Below, one piece after another: positions 26,720 through 39,000 of a stretch of 64,000 bases of DNA. The position numbers were made by a program, and so were the translations under genes. Position 1 is the stretch's first letter. Every line of letters starts with the position of its first letter. A model generated the notes under the pieces. The model had not been told where the DNA came from, did not search any database, and saw nothing but the letters and a program-made list of their open reading frames with translations. The DNA lies in NCBI GenBank assembly GCA_964057225.1, contig OZ059897.1, forward strand, positions 21,948,001 through 22,012,000, read 5' to 3'. Source of the stretch: Auanema rhodensis (Eukaryota > Animalia > Nematoda).

Positions 26720-29548
26720 ATGTTATCGTCAACACCTGTTCTCGTCTCTAACCACACTTACATTTCTGTTCACTGTTACAATGCACGCTCAATTCTCAAC
26801 AAACTTCATCTTCTCCCAGTTATCATCTCTCCCAATTCTCCTGATATAATTGCTATATCAGAGTCCTGGCTTTACCCCCAATTTAACACTAATCTTCTTC
26901 CGTTAGGTGACATCTATAATATCCTCAGGGCTGATAGATGTTCATCACGGGGTGGTGGTGTACTACTTTTCATCAAAAAACATATTACTTTTCGTCTTCT
27001 TTCCTGCTCTTGTAATTCATCTACCATACAGTTTATAAATATTCTCATCACATCTTCCAATTCTATTTTTTCTGTTTGTTACCGTTCTCCATCATCATCT
27101 AGCTTAGATTTCTCAAACTATCTTTGTGATCTACAAAATCATTTAGTTAATCGGTCTCTCTATCTCACTGGTGATCTTAATTTCCCTAAAATAAACTGGG
27201 ATCTTGGTATATGTTCTCAACCTACTCCTTCTAGTAGAATTCTACTCCAATTTCTCAATCACAATTGTCTAAACCAGCTAGTAAATTTTCCTACTAGAGG
27301 TGAAAATATTCTTGACTATATAATTACAAATAACGTTCGTTGTGTCAACAATATCAAGCGATCTGGTCCACTTGGAGCTTCGGATCATTTTTCCATCACC
27401 TTTCATATACTTTCAAAATCTGAAAATTTTCATCTACAAGATTTACATAGTGCTGAATCCACATCTCTCTCCATGTTATCAGACCGCAATTTCCTTTTGG
27501 CTGATTATGAACGTATCAATAGGCAACTGGTCAACATCGACTTCTGTTCTGAACTTTCAGGTCTTACTCCACTCCAATCGTATTCAAAGTTTATCTCTAT
27601 TCTACATTCAATCATTGACATTTATGTTCCTAAAAAACAACCGAGGAAAAATAAAAAAGCGGATCGTAACATTGCAAAACTCAGAAATCAAATTAACAGG
27701 CTAAGTTGCTCTTTATATCTATCTGACGAGATTCGCCGTAAAAATCTTTCAGTAAAATTGGACAAACTAATAAAAATCAAATGTGCTTTAGAGGAAGAGC
27801 GTATTGCTGCCTTAAAAAACTCCAAGCTTTTTTATCGTTTTTGTAAGGCCCGATTAAATGGTAAAACATCTGACATTCCAAACCTCACTGTCAACAATGT
27901 GTCAGTTTCTTCAGATATTGATAAAGTGTCAGCATTTGCCGAGGTTTTCACGGTTTCTCCTCTTTCTCCTCTTGTCTCTCAGGAAAACACTCATGTTTCC
28001 GTCTCTTCTTCTTCCAGTCATACCATTGATTTCATGGATATAACACCTGAATTGGTCTACAAAACTCTTCATAGTCTTCCACTCAGGGTTTCCACATCTC
28101 CGGATGGTATTCCATATTACTTTCTTAAACAATGTGCTTTTACTCTGGCTAATCCATTAGCTTTTATTTTTCACAATTTGTTAGTTACCTCAACTTGTCC
28201 TCCTGATTGGAAGTTAGCCTGGATTCGTCCCATTTTCAAAACGGGCCGACCTGAAAATCCAAGTAACTACCGCCCAATTTCACTCACTTCCAGTCTTTCA
28301 AAAATCTTTGAACGTATAATACGTACTCCACTTCTTAATTTTGGTATTTCCAATGGTGCCATATCTCAAAATCAACACGCCTTCCTTCCTAAAAGAAGCA
28401 CTGTTTCTGCAATTCTGAGTAGCCACATCTCTTTCAGATCATCATTGGACTGTAATACTCCGGTTTTTGTAGCTTATATCGACTTTTCAAAAGCCTTCGA
28501 TCTTATACAACATTCTACTCTTTTTTCAAAACTCAAGTCCATTGGTATTCAAGGCCCACTTCATTCCTTTCTCCAAAGTTTCATCTCTGGTAGGTTTTTT
28601 TCAGTTATGGTCAATAATTCCTTATCACCACCTAAACAACTCACTTGTGGTGTACCACAAGGTACAGTTCTTGGTCCTCTGTTGTTTTTATTTTACATAA
28701 ATGACATAACATCCAATTTTCCTAATGATGTCAGCTCCATTCTCTATGCAGATGATTTGAAGCTCTACAGCAAAAACCCTACTAGTTTACAGCGGGCTCT
28801 TGATCAATTAAAATTATGGTGCGACTCAAACGGGATGGCCGTTAACATCTCTAAATCTAAAATAATGGTTATGTCAAATAAACCAATTAGTAATCCTGAA
28901 AACTTCGCTTTCACTTTTGGTAACTTTAACCTATCTTCAGTAGATTGTTACAAAGATCTTGGAGTATTCACAGATTACAATCTCTCCTTCTCAAACCACA
29001 TGAACAAAATCACAAGTGAAGCAGCAAAAAAATGTAAAATAATTTTACGTTGTTTCTACTCTAAATCGCCTTCTCTTATGTACAACTTATTCTGTACTTA
29101 CATAAGACCAATATTGGAATATGCTTCTATTATCTGGTCCCCACAAGATTCTAAAGACAAAGACCGGATTGAATATGTTCAAAAAAAGTTTCTGCGCGCA
29201 GTTTTCATGCGCTCAGGATCTAAAATGAGCTATGAAGATCAACTGTCTTTGTTAGGGGGGCAAAAGTTATTTTTCAGAAGACTAGTTTTCGATTTAATTT
29301 TTCATTTTAACCAAATAAAACAACCAATTTCAGAGAATACTTTGAAAATTTTTAAGCTCAAAAAATTCACACACTCACTAAGGCGTCACGAATGGACTGT
29401 GGATTTTCCAAACGTCCAGAAGACTCAAACTAGAAGAGGTATCGAGTACAGAGCCATAGAACTCTGGAATTCAATACCATCAAACATTGTGAGTCTTGAA
29501 AAAGCTCCCAAATTTCGCAAACATCTTCAACTTTTCCTTAGCGATTAG
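26720..29548 (+). CDS. LINE ORF2: AP-like endonuclease + reverse transcriptase (942 aa from the first ATG)
   Basis: APE motifs: YNARS, ISESWL, RADR-RGGGV, YRSP, GDLN, LDYII, SDH (27380-27388). RT motifs: SPDG, WKLA-IRPIFK, NYRPISL, QHAF, DFSKAFD, GVPQGTVLGP, YADD (28745-28756), KDLGV. The frame is uninterrupted and open from 26660. The track start at 26684 is a TTG; the first ATG is 26720. Confidence 0.97.
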   Translation: MLSSTPVLVSNHTYISVHCYNARSILNKLHLLPVIISPNSPDIIAISESWLYPQFNTNLLPLGDIYNILRADRCSSRGGGVLLFIKKHITFRLLSCSCNSSTIQFINILITSSNSIFSVCYRSPSSSSLDFSNYLCDLQNHLVNRSLYLTGDLNFPKINWDLGICSQPTPSSRILLQFLNHNCLNQLVNFPTRGENILDYIITNNVRCVNNIKRSGPLGASDHFSITFHILSKSENFHLQDLHSAESTSLSMLSDRNFLLADYERINRQLVNIDFCSELSGLTPLQSYSKFISILHSIIDIYVPKKQPRKNKKADRNIAKLRNQINRLSCSLYLSDEIRRKNLSVKLDKLIKIKCALEEERIAALKNSKLFYRFCKARLNGKTSDIPNLTVNNVSVSSDIDKVSAFAEVFTVSPLSPLVSQENTHVSVSSSSSHTIDFMDITPELVYKTLHSLPLRVSTSPDGIPYYFLKQCAFTLANPLAFIFHNLLVTSTCPPDWKLAWIRPIFKTGRPENPSNYRPISLTSSLSKIFERIIRTPLLNFGISNGAISQNQHAFLPKRSTVSAILSSHISFRSSLDCNTPVFVAYIDFSKAFDLIQHSTLFSKLKSIGIQGPLHSFLQSFISGRFFSVMVNNSLSPPKQLTCGVPQGTVLGPLLFLFYINDITSNFPNDVSSILYADDLKLYSKNPTSLQRALDQLKLWCDSNGMAVNISKSKIMVMSNKPISNPENFAFTFGNFNLSSVDCYKDLGVFTDYNLSFSNHMNKITSEAAKKCKIILRCFYSKSPSLMYNLFCTYIRPILEYASIIWSPQDSKDKDRIEYVQKKFLRAVFMRSGSKMSYEDQLSLLGGQKLFFRRLVFDLIFHFNQIKQPISENTLKIFKLKKFTHSLRRHEWTVDFPNVQKTQTRRGIEYRAIELWNSIPSNIVSLEKAPKFRKHLQLFLSD

Positions 29549-30089
29549 CTTGCACTTTCATTATTAATGTTTTTCGTCTGCTTATGATATTTTGTTCTCT
29601 AATTATTATTTCAATATGTCTTCTACAAATATCTATGCAAACTATGTTCTTCATGTATCATTTTTTGTTTTCAACCACATCCTTGTTCCCTTTGCTACAA
29701 TGTTACTTCACCATGGACTCTATAGGCATTAGCCATACGAATCTGGTGATAGTTACCTCTGATTACCAGAACGGGCTCGACTTTTTCTCTAAGTTCCACC
29801 GCACCTGGTAAAAGTAAAAATGAGGTCAGGTCATATTTTTTGAACTGAACAAATCCCTTGTTTATCAAGGATGGGTTGACAACTATGACACATAGATTTA
29901 CTTGTTTAGAATATATATTTTCTACTGATATAATTGATTCAATAATTATTCTTATCTCTATACAATTAATGTTTTCATGTCAATCAATTTATATAATCAT
30001 GTTCATATTGTAAGGAACTTCTTTTATCCACTTTCTTTTTTCAAAACTGCTATTGTTATAACCTGTGATAAAGAACAATAAACCTTGAC
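29549..30089 (+). other. LINE 3' UTR (541 bp)
   Basis: Lies between the ORF2 TAG and the satellite junction. It is AT-rich, with a more GC-rich, stem-forming core at ~29710-29885. Confidence 0.85.
30077..30082 (+). terminator. AATAAA polyadenylation-like signal at the LINE 3' end
   Basis: AATAAA is followed by only CCTTGAC before the TSD, with no poly(A) tail. Confidence 0.6.
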
Positions 30090-30094
30090 TAATT
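30090..30094 (+). repeat. Right target-site duplication TAATT
   Basis: Matches 25423-25427, and the satellite register continues correctly from here. Confidence 0.8.
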
Positions 30095-33000
30095 TATGCT
30101 AATTAATTGTAAACGTGATGTGCACTTGGTATGTAACTCGCTTCACGTGAAAGATAAAGAGATGCGGTTTTCAACATTAGATTCCCCATGTCCATATTAG
30201 TCTAAAAACAAATTTTTATTGATATTGGTTCATGGTAACCATGACTTTGAAATTTACGTGAACTTTAATTTATGCTAATTAAATGTACACGTGATGTGCA
30301 CTTGGTATGTAACTCGCTTCACGTGAAAGATAAAGAGATGCGGTTTTCAAAATTAGATTCCCCATGTCCATATTAGTCTAAAAACAAATTTTTATTGATA
30401 TTGGTTCATGGTAACCATGACTTTGAAATTTACGTGAACTTTAATTTATGCTAATTAAATGTACACGTGATGTGCACTTGGTATGTAACTCGCTTCACGT
30501 GAAAGATAAAGAGATGCGGTTTTCAAAATTAGATTCCCCATGTCCATATTAGTCTAAAAACAAATTTTTATTGATATTGGTGCATGGTAACCATGACTTT
30601 GAAATTTACTTGAACTTTAATTTATGCTAATTAAATGTACACGTGATGTGCACTTGGTATGTAACTCGCTTCACGTGAAAGATAAAGAGATGCGGTTTTC
30701 AAAATTAGATTCCCCATGTCCATATTAGTCTAAAAACAAATTTTTATTGATATTGGTTCATGGTAACCATGACTTTGAAATTTACGTGAACTTTAATTTA
30801 TGCTAATTAAATGTACACGTGATGTGCACTTGGTATGTAACTCGCTTCACGTGAAAGATGAAGAGATGCGGTTTTCAAAATTAGATTGCCCATGTCCATA
30901 TTAGTCTAAAAACAAATTTTTATTGATATTGGTTCATGGTAACCATGACTTTGAAATTTTCGTGAACTTTAATTTATGCTAATTAAATTTAGACGTGATG
31001 TGCACTTGGTATGTAACTCGCTTCACGTGAAAGATGAAGAGATGCGGTTTTCAAAATTAGATTCCCCATGTCCATATTAGTCTAAAAACAAATTTTTATT
31101 GATATTGGTGCATGGTAACCATGACTTTGAAATTTACGTGAACTTTAATTTATGCTAATTAAATGTACACGTGATGTGCACTCGGTATGTAACTCGCTTC
31201 ACGTGAAAGATAAAGAAATGCGGTTTTCAAAATTAGATTCCTCATGTTCATATTAGTCTAAAAACAAATTTTTATTGATATTGGTGCATGGTAACCATGA
31301 CTTTGAAATTTACGTGAACTTTAATTTATGCTAATTAAATGTACACGTGATGTGCACTTGGTATGTAACTCGCTTCACGTGAAAGATAAAGAGATACGGT
31401 TTTCAAAATTAGATTCCACATGTCCATATTAGTCTAAAAACAAATTTTTATTGATATTGTTTCATGGTAACCATGACTTTGAAATTTACGTGAACTTTAA
31501 TTTATGCTAATTAAATGTACACGTGATGTGCACTTGGTATGTAACTCGCTTCACGTGAAAGATAAAGAGATACGGTTTTCAAAATTAGATTGCCCATGTC
31601 CATATTAGTCTAAAAACAAATTGTTATTGATATTGTTTCATGGTAACCATGACTTTGAAATTTACGTGAACTTTAATTTATGCTAATTAAATGTACACGT
31701 GATGTGCACTTGGTATGTAACTCGCTTCACGTGAAAGATAAAGAGATACGGTTTTCAAAATTAGATTGCCCATGTCCATATTAGTCTAAAAACAAATTGT
31801 TATTGATATTGTTTCATGGTAACCATGACTTTGAAATTTACGTGAACTTTAATTTATGCTAATTAAATGTACACGTGATGTGCACTTGGTATGTAACTCG
31901 CTTCACGTGAAAGATAAAGAGATACGGTTTTCAAAATTAGATTCCACATGTCCATATTAGTCTAAAAACAAATTTTTATTGATATTGGTGCATGGTAACC
32001 GTGACTTTGAAATTTACGTGAACTTTAATTTATGCTAATTAAATGTACACGTGATGTGCACTTGGTATGTAACTCGCTTCACGTGAAAGATAAAGAGATG
32101 CGGTCTTCAAAATTAGATTGCCCATGTCCATATTAGTCTAAAAACAAATTTTAATTGATATTGGTTCATGGTAACCATGACTTTGAAATTTACGTGAACT
32201 TTAATTTATGCTAATTAAATGTACACGTGATGTGCACTTGGTATGTAACTCGCTTCACGTGAAAGATAAAGAGATGCGGTTTTCAAAATTAGATTCCCCA
32301 TGTCCATATTAGTCTAAAAACAAATTTTTATTGATATTGGTGCATGGTAACCATGACTTTGAAATTTACGTGAACTTTAATTTATGCTAATTAAATGTAC
32401 ACGTGATGTGCACTTGGTATGTAACTCGCTTCACGTGAAAGATAAAGAGATGCGGTTTTCAAAATTAGATTCCCCATGTCCATATTAGTCTAAAAACGAA
32501 TTTTTATTGATATTGGTGCATGGTAACCACGACTTTGAAATTTACGTGAACTTTAATTTATGCTAATTAAATGTACACGTGATGTGCACTTGGTATGTAA
32601 CTCGCTTCACGTGAAAGATAAAGAGATGCGGTTTTCAAAATTAGATTTCCCATGTCCATATTAGTCTAAAAACAAATTTTTATTGATATTGGTTCATGGT
32701 AACCATGACTTTGAAATTTACGTGAACTTTAATTTATGCTAATTAAATGTACACGTGATGTGCACTTGGTATGTAACTCGCTTCACGTGAAAGATAAAGA
32801 GATGCGGTTTTCAAAATTAGATTCCCCATGTCCATATTAGTCTAAAAACAAATTTTTATTGATATTGGTGCATGGTAACCATGACTTTGAAATTTACGTG
32901 AACTTTAATTTATGCTAATAAAATGTACACGTGATGTGCACTTTGTATGTAACTCGCTTCACGTGAAAGATGAAGAGATGCGGTTTTCAACATTAGATTC

Positions 33001-36000
33001 CCCATGTCCATATTAGTCTAAAAACAAATTTTTATTGATATTGCTTCATGGTAACCATGACTTTGAAATTTACGTGAACTTTAATTTATGCTAATTAAAT
33101 GTACACGTGATGTGCACTTGGTATGTAACTCGCTTCACGTGAAAGATAAAGAGATGCGGTTTTCAAAATTAGATTGCCCATGTCCATATTAGTCTAAAAA
33201 CAAATTTTTATTGATATTGGTTCATGGTAACCATGACTTTGAAATTTTCGTGAACTTTAATTTATGCTAATTAAATTTAGACGTGATGTGCACTTGGTAT
33301 GTAACTCGCTTCACGTGAAAGATGAAGAGATGCGGTTTTCAAAATTAGATTCCCCATGTCCATATTAGTCTAAAAACAAATTTTTATTGATATTGGTTCA
33401 TGGTAACCATGACTTTGAAATTTACGTGAACTTTAATTTATGCTAATTAAATGTACACGTGATGTGCACTTGGTATGTAACTCGCTTCACGTGAAAGATA
33501 AAGAGATGCGGTTTTCAAAATTAGATTCCCCATTTCCATATTAGTCTAAAAACAAATTTTTATTGATATTGCTTCATGGTAACCATGACTTTGAAATTTA
33601 CGTGAACTTTAATTTATGCTAATTAAATGTACACGTGATGTGCACTTGGTATGTAACTCGCTTCACGTGAAAGATAAAGAGATGCGGTTTTCAAAATTAG
33701 ATTCCCCATGTCCATATTAGTCTAAAAACAAATTTTTATTGATATTGGTGCATGGTAACCATGACTTTGAAATTTACGTGAACTTTAATTTATGCTAATA
33801 AAATGTACACGTGATGTGCACTTGGTATGTAACTCGCTTCACGTGAAAGATGAAGAGATGCGGTTTTCAACATTAGATTCCCCATGTCCATATTAGTCTA
33901 AAAACAAATTTTTATTGATATTGCTTCATGGTAACCATGACTTTGAAATTTACGTGAACTTTAATTTATGCTAATTAAATGTACACGTGATGTGCACTTG
34001 GTATGTAACTCGCTTCACGTGAAAGATAAAGAGATGCGGTTTTCAAAATTAGATTCCCCATGTCCATATTAGTCTAAAAACGAATTTTTATTGATATTGG
34101 TGCATGGTAACCACGACTTTGAAATTTACGTGAACTTTAATTTATGCTAATTAAATGTACACGTGATGTGCACTTGGTATGTAACTCGCTTCACGTGAAA
34201 GATAAAGAGATGCGGTTTTCAAAATTAGATTCCCCATGTCCATATTAGTCTAAAAACAAATTTTTATTGATATTGGTTCATGGTAACCATGACTTTGAAA
34301 TTTACGTGAACTTTAATTTATGCTAATTAAATGTACACGTGATGTGCACTTGGTATGTAACTCGCTTCACGTGAAAGATAAAGAGATGCGGTTTTCAAAA
34401 TTAGATTCCCCATGTCCATATTAGTCTAAAAACAAATTTTTATTGATATTGCTTCATGGTAACCATGACTTTGAAATTTACGTGAACTTTAATTTATGCT
34501 AATTAAATGTACACGTGATGTGCACTTGGTATGTAACTCGCTTCACGTGAAAGATAAAGAGATGCGGTTTTCAAAATTAGATTCCCCATGTCCATATTAG
34601 TCTAAAAACAAATTTTTATTGATATTGGTGCATGGTAACCATGACTTTGAAATTTACGTGAACTTTAATTTATGCTAATAAAATGTACACGTGATGTGCA
34701 CTTGGTATGTAACTCGCTTCACGTGAAAGATGAAGAGATGCGGTTTTCAACATTAGATTCCCCATGTCCATATTAGTCTAAAAACAAATTTTTATTGATA
34801 TTGCTTCATGGTAACCATGACTTTGAAATTTACGTGAACTTTAATTTATGCTAATTAAATGTACACGTGATGTGCACTTGGTATGTAACTCGCTTCACGT
34901 GAAAGATAAAGAGATGCGGTTTTCAAAATTAGATTCCCCATGTCCATATTAGTCTAAAAACGAATTTTTATTGATATTGGTGCATGGTAACCACGACTTT
35001 GAAATTTACGTGAACTTTAATTTATGCTAATTAAATGTACACGTGATGTGCACTTGGTATGTAACTCGCTTCACGTGAAAGATAAAGAGATGCGGTTTTC
35101 AAAATTAGATTCCCCATGTCCATATTAGTCTAAAAACAAATTTTTATTGATATTGGTTCATGGTAACCATGACTTTGAAATTTACGTGAACTTTAATTTA
35201 TGCTAATTAAATGTACACGTGATGTGCACTTGGTATGTAACTCGCTTCACGTGAAAGATAAAGAGATGCGGTTTTCAAAATTAGATTCCCCATGTCCATA
35301 TTAGTCTAAAAACAAATTTTTATTGATATTGCTTCATGGTAACCATGACTTTGAAATTTACGTGAACTTTAATTTATGCTAATTAAATGTACACGTGATG
35401 TGCACTTGGTATGTAACTCGCTTCACGTGAAAGATAAAGAGATGCGGTTTTCAAAATTAGATTCCCCATGTCCATATTAGTCTAAAAACAAATTTTTATT
35501 GATATTGGTTCATGGTAACCATGACTTTGAAATTTACGCAAACTTTAATTTATGCTAATTAAATGTACACGTGATGTGCACTTGGTATGTAACTCGCTTC
35601 ACGTGAAAGATAAAGAGATGCGGTTTTCAAAATTAGATTCCCCATTTCCATATTAGTCTAAAAACAAATTTTTATTGATATTGCTTCATGGTAACCATGA
35701 CTTTGAAATTTACGTGAACTTTAATTTATGCTAATTAAATGTGCACGTGATGTGCACTTGGTATGTAACTCGCTTCACGTGAAAGATGAAGAGATGCGGT
35801 TTTCAAAATTAGATTCCCCATGTCCATATTAGTCTAAAAACAAATTTTTATTGATATTGGTTCATGGTAACCATGACTTTGAAATTTACGTGAACTTCAA
35901 TTTATGCTAATTAAATGTACACGTGATGTGCACTTGGTATGTAACTCGCTTCACGTGAAAGATGAAGAGATGCGGTTTTCAACATTAGATTCCCCATGTC

Positions 36001-39000
36001 CATATTAGTCTAAGAACAAATTTTTATTGATATTGCTTCATGGTAACCATGACTTTGAAATTTACGTGAACTTTAATTTATGCTAATTAAATGTACACGT
36101 GATGTGCACTTGGTATGTAACTCGCTTCACGTGAAAGATAAAGAGATGCGGTTTTCAAAATTAGATTCCCCATGTCCATATTAGTCTAAAAACGAATTTT
36201 TATTGATATTGGTGCATGGTAACCACGACTTTGAAATTTACGTGAACTTTAATTTATGCTAATTAAATGTACACGTGATGTGCACTTGGTATGTAACTCG
36301 CTTCACGTGAAAGATAAAGAGATGCGGTTTTCAAAATTAGATTCCCCATGTCCATATTAGTCTAAAAACAAATTTTTATTGATATTGGTTCATGGTAACC
36401 ATGACTTTGAAATTTACGTGAACTTTAATTTATGCTAATTAAATGTACACGTGATGTGCACTTGGTATGTAACTCGCTTCACGTGAAAGATAAAGAGATG
36501 CGGTTTTCAAAATTAGATTCCCCATGTCCATATTAGTCTAAAAACAAATTTTTATTGATATTGCTTCATGGTAACCATGACTTTGAAATTTACGTGAACT
36601 TTAATTTATGCTAATTAAATGTACACGTGATGTGCACTTGGTATGTAACTCGCTTCACGTGAAAGATAAAGAGATGCGGTTTTCAAAATTAGATTCCCCA
36701 TGTCCATATTAGTCTAAAAACAAATTTTTATTGATATTGGTTCATGGTAACCATGACTTTGAAATTTACGCAAACTTTAATTTATGCTAATTAAATGTAC
36801 ACGTGATGTGCACTTGGTATGTAACTCGCTTCACGTGAAAGATAAAGAGATGCGGTTTTCAAAATTAGATTCCCCATTTCCATATTAGTCTAAAAACAAA
36901 TTTTTATTGATATTGCTTCATGGTAACCATGACTTTGAAATTTACGTGAACTTTAATTTATGCTAATTAAATGTACACGTGATGTGCACTTGGTATGTAA
37001 CTCGCTTCACGTGAAAGATAAAGAGATGCGGTTTTCAAAATTAGATTCCCCATGTCCATATTAGTCTAAAAACAAATTTTTATTGATATTGGTTCATGGT
37101 AACCATGACTTTGAAATTTACGCAAACTTTAATTTATGCTAATTAAATGTACACGTGATGTGCACTTGGTATGTAACTCGCTTCACGTGAAAGATAAAGA
37201 GATGCGGTTTTCAAAATTAGATTGCCCATGTCCATATTAGTCTAAAAACAAATTTTTATTGATATTGGTTCATGGTAACCATGACTTTGAAATTTTCGTG
37301 AACTTTAATTTATGCTAATTAAATGTACACGTGATGTGCACTTGATATGTAACTCGCTTCACGTGAAAGATAGAGAGATGCGGTTTTCAAAATTAGATTC
37401 CCCATGTCCATATTAGTCTAAAAACAAATTTTTATTGATATTGGTGCATGGTAACCATGACTTTGAAATTTACGTGAACTTTAATTTATGCTAATAAAAT
37501 GTACACGTGATGTGCACTTGGTATGTAACTCGCTTCACGTGAAAGATGAAGAGATGCGGTTTTCAACATTAGATTCCCCATGTCCATATTAGTCTAAAAA
37601 CAAATTTTTATTGATATTGCTTCATGGTAACCATGACTTTGAAATTTACGTGAACTTTAATTTATGCTAATTAAATGTACACGTGATGTGCACTTGGTAT
37701 GTAACTCGCTTCACGTGAAAGATAAAGAGATGCGGTTTTCAAAATTAGATTCCCCATGTCCATATTAGTCTAAAAACAAATTTTTATTGATATTGGTTCA
37801 TGGTAACCATGACTTTGAAATTTACGTGAACTTTAATTTATGCTAATTAAATGTACACGTGATGTGCACTTGGTATGTAACTCGTTTCACGTGAAAGATA
37901 AAGAGATGCGGTTTTCAAAATTAGATTCTCCATGTCCATATTAGTCTAAAAACAAATTTTTATTGATATTGCTTCATGGTAACCATGACTTTGAAATTTA
38001 CGTGAACTTTAATTTATGCTAATTAAATGTACACTTGATGTGCACTTGGTGTAACTCGCTTCACGTGAAAGATGAAGAGATGCGGTTTTCAAAATTAGAT
38101 TCCCCATGTCCATATTAGTCTAAAAACAAATTTTTATTGATATTGGTGCATGGTAACCATGACTTTGAAATTTACGTGAACTTTAATTTATGCTAATTAA
38201 ATGTACACGTGATGTGCACTTGGTATGTAACTCGCTTCACGTGAAAGATAAAGAGATGCGGTTTTCAAAATTAGATTCCCCATGTCCATATTAGTCTAAA
38301 AACAAATTTTTATTGATATTGGTGCATGGTAACCATGACTTTGAAATTTACGTGAACTTTAATTTATGCTAATTAAATGTACACGTGATGTGCACTTGAT
38401 ATGTAACTCGCTTCACGTGAAAGATAGAGAGATGCGGTTTTCAAAATTAGATTCCCCATGTCCATATAAGTCTAAAAACAAATTTTTATTGATATTGGTT
38501 CATGGTAACCATGACTTTGAAATTTACGTGAACTTTAATTTATGCTAATTAAATGTACACGTGATGTGCACTTGGTATGTAACTCGCTTCACGTGAAAGA
38601 TAAAGAGATGCGGTTTTCAAAATTAGATTCCCCATGTCCATATTAGTCTAAAAACAAATTTTTATTGATATTGGTGCATGGTAACCATGACTTTGAAATT
38701 TACGTGAACTTTAATTTATGCTAATTAAATGTACACGTGATGTGCACTTGGTATGTAACTCGCTTCACGTGAAAGATAAAGAGATGCGGTTTTCAAAATT
38801 AGATTCCCCATGTCCATATTAGTCTAAAAACAAATTTTTATTGATATTGGTTCATGGTAACCATGACTTTGAAATTTACGTGAACTTTAATTTATGCTAA
38901 TTAAATGTACACGTGATGTGCACTTGGTATGTAACTCGCTTCACGTGAAAGATAAAGAGATGCGGTTTTCAAAATTAGATTCCCCATTTCCATATTAGTC

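Larger units (their letters stand above)
25428..30089 (+). mobile_element. Non-LTR retrotransposon (LINE), CR1 group, apparently full length, 4,662 bp
   Basis: The only non-satellite sequence. Layout is 5' UTR, ORF1, APE-RT ORF2, 3' UTR. It has no LTRs or TIRs, no recognisable RNase H and no C-terminal CCHC. The CR1-type C-terminal motifs YIRPILEYAS-IWSP, IEYVQKKF and LWNSIP are present. It is flanked by a TAATT duplication. Confidence 0.95.

Noticed and set aside
26180-28132. Short alternative-frame and antisense ORFs within ORF1/ORF2
   Set aside because: They are shadow ORFs of 61-120 aa overlapping well-supported coding frames and have no motifs.
29757-29800. Hammerhead ribozyme in the 3' UTR or satellite
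   Set aside because: CTGATTA deviates from the CUGANGA core, and no properly placed GAAA with three stems was found.
29584-29811. 75-aa ORF in the 3' UTR as a possible ORF3
   Set aside because: Its hydrophobic composition is explained by T-rich sequence. There are no motifs and no conservation evidence is available.
38366-38548. 60-aa ORFs in the satellite (also 49102-49284 and 62126-62308)
   Set aside because: They arise from single substitutions that remove a TAG in one monomer. 176 is not a multiple of 3 and the peptide has no recognisable domain.
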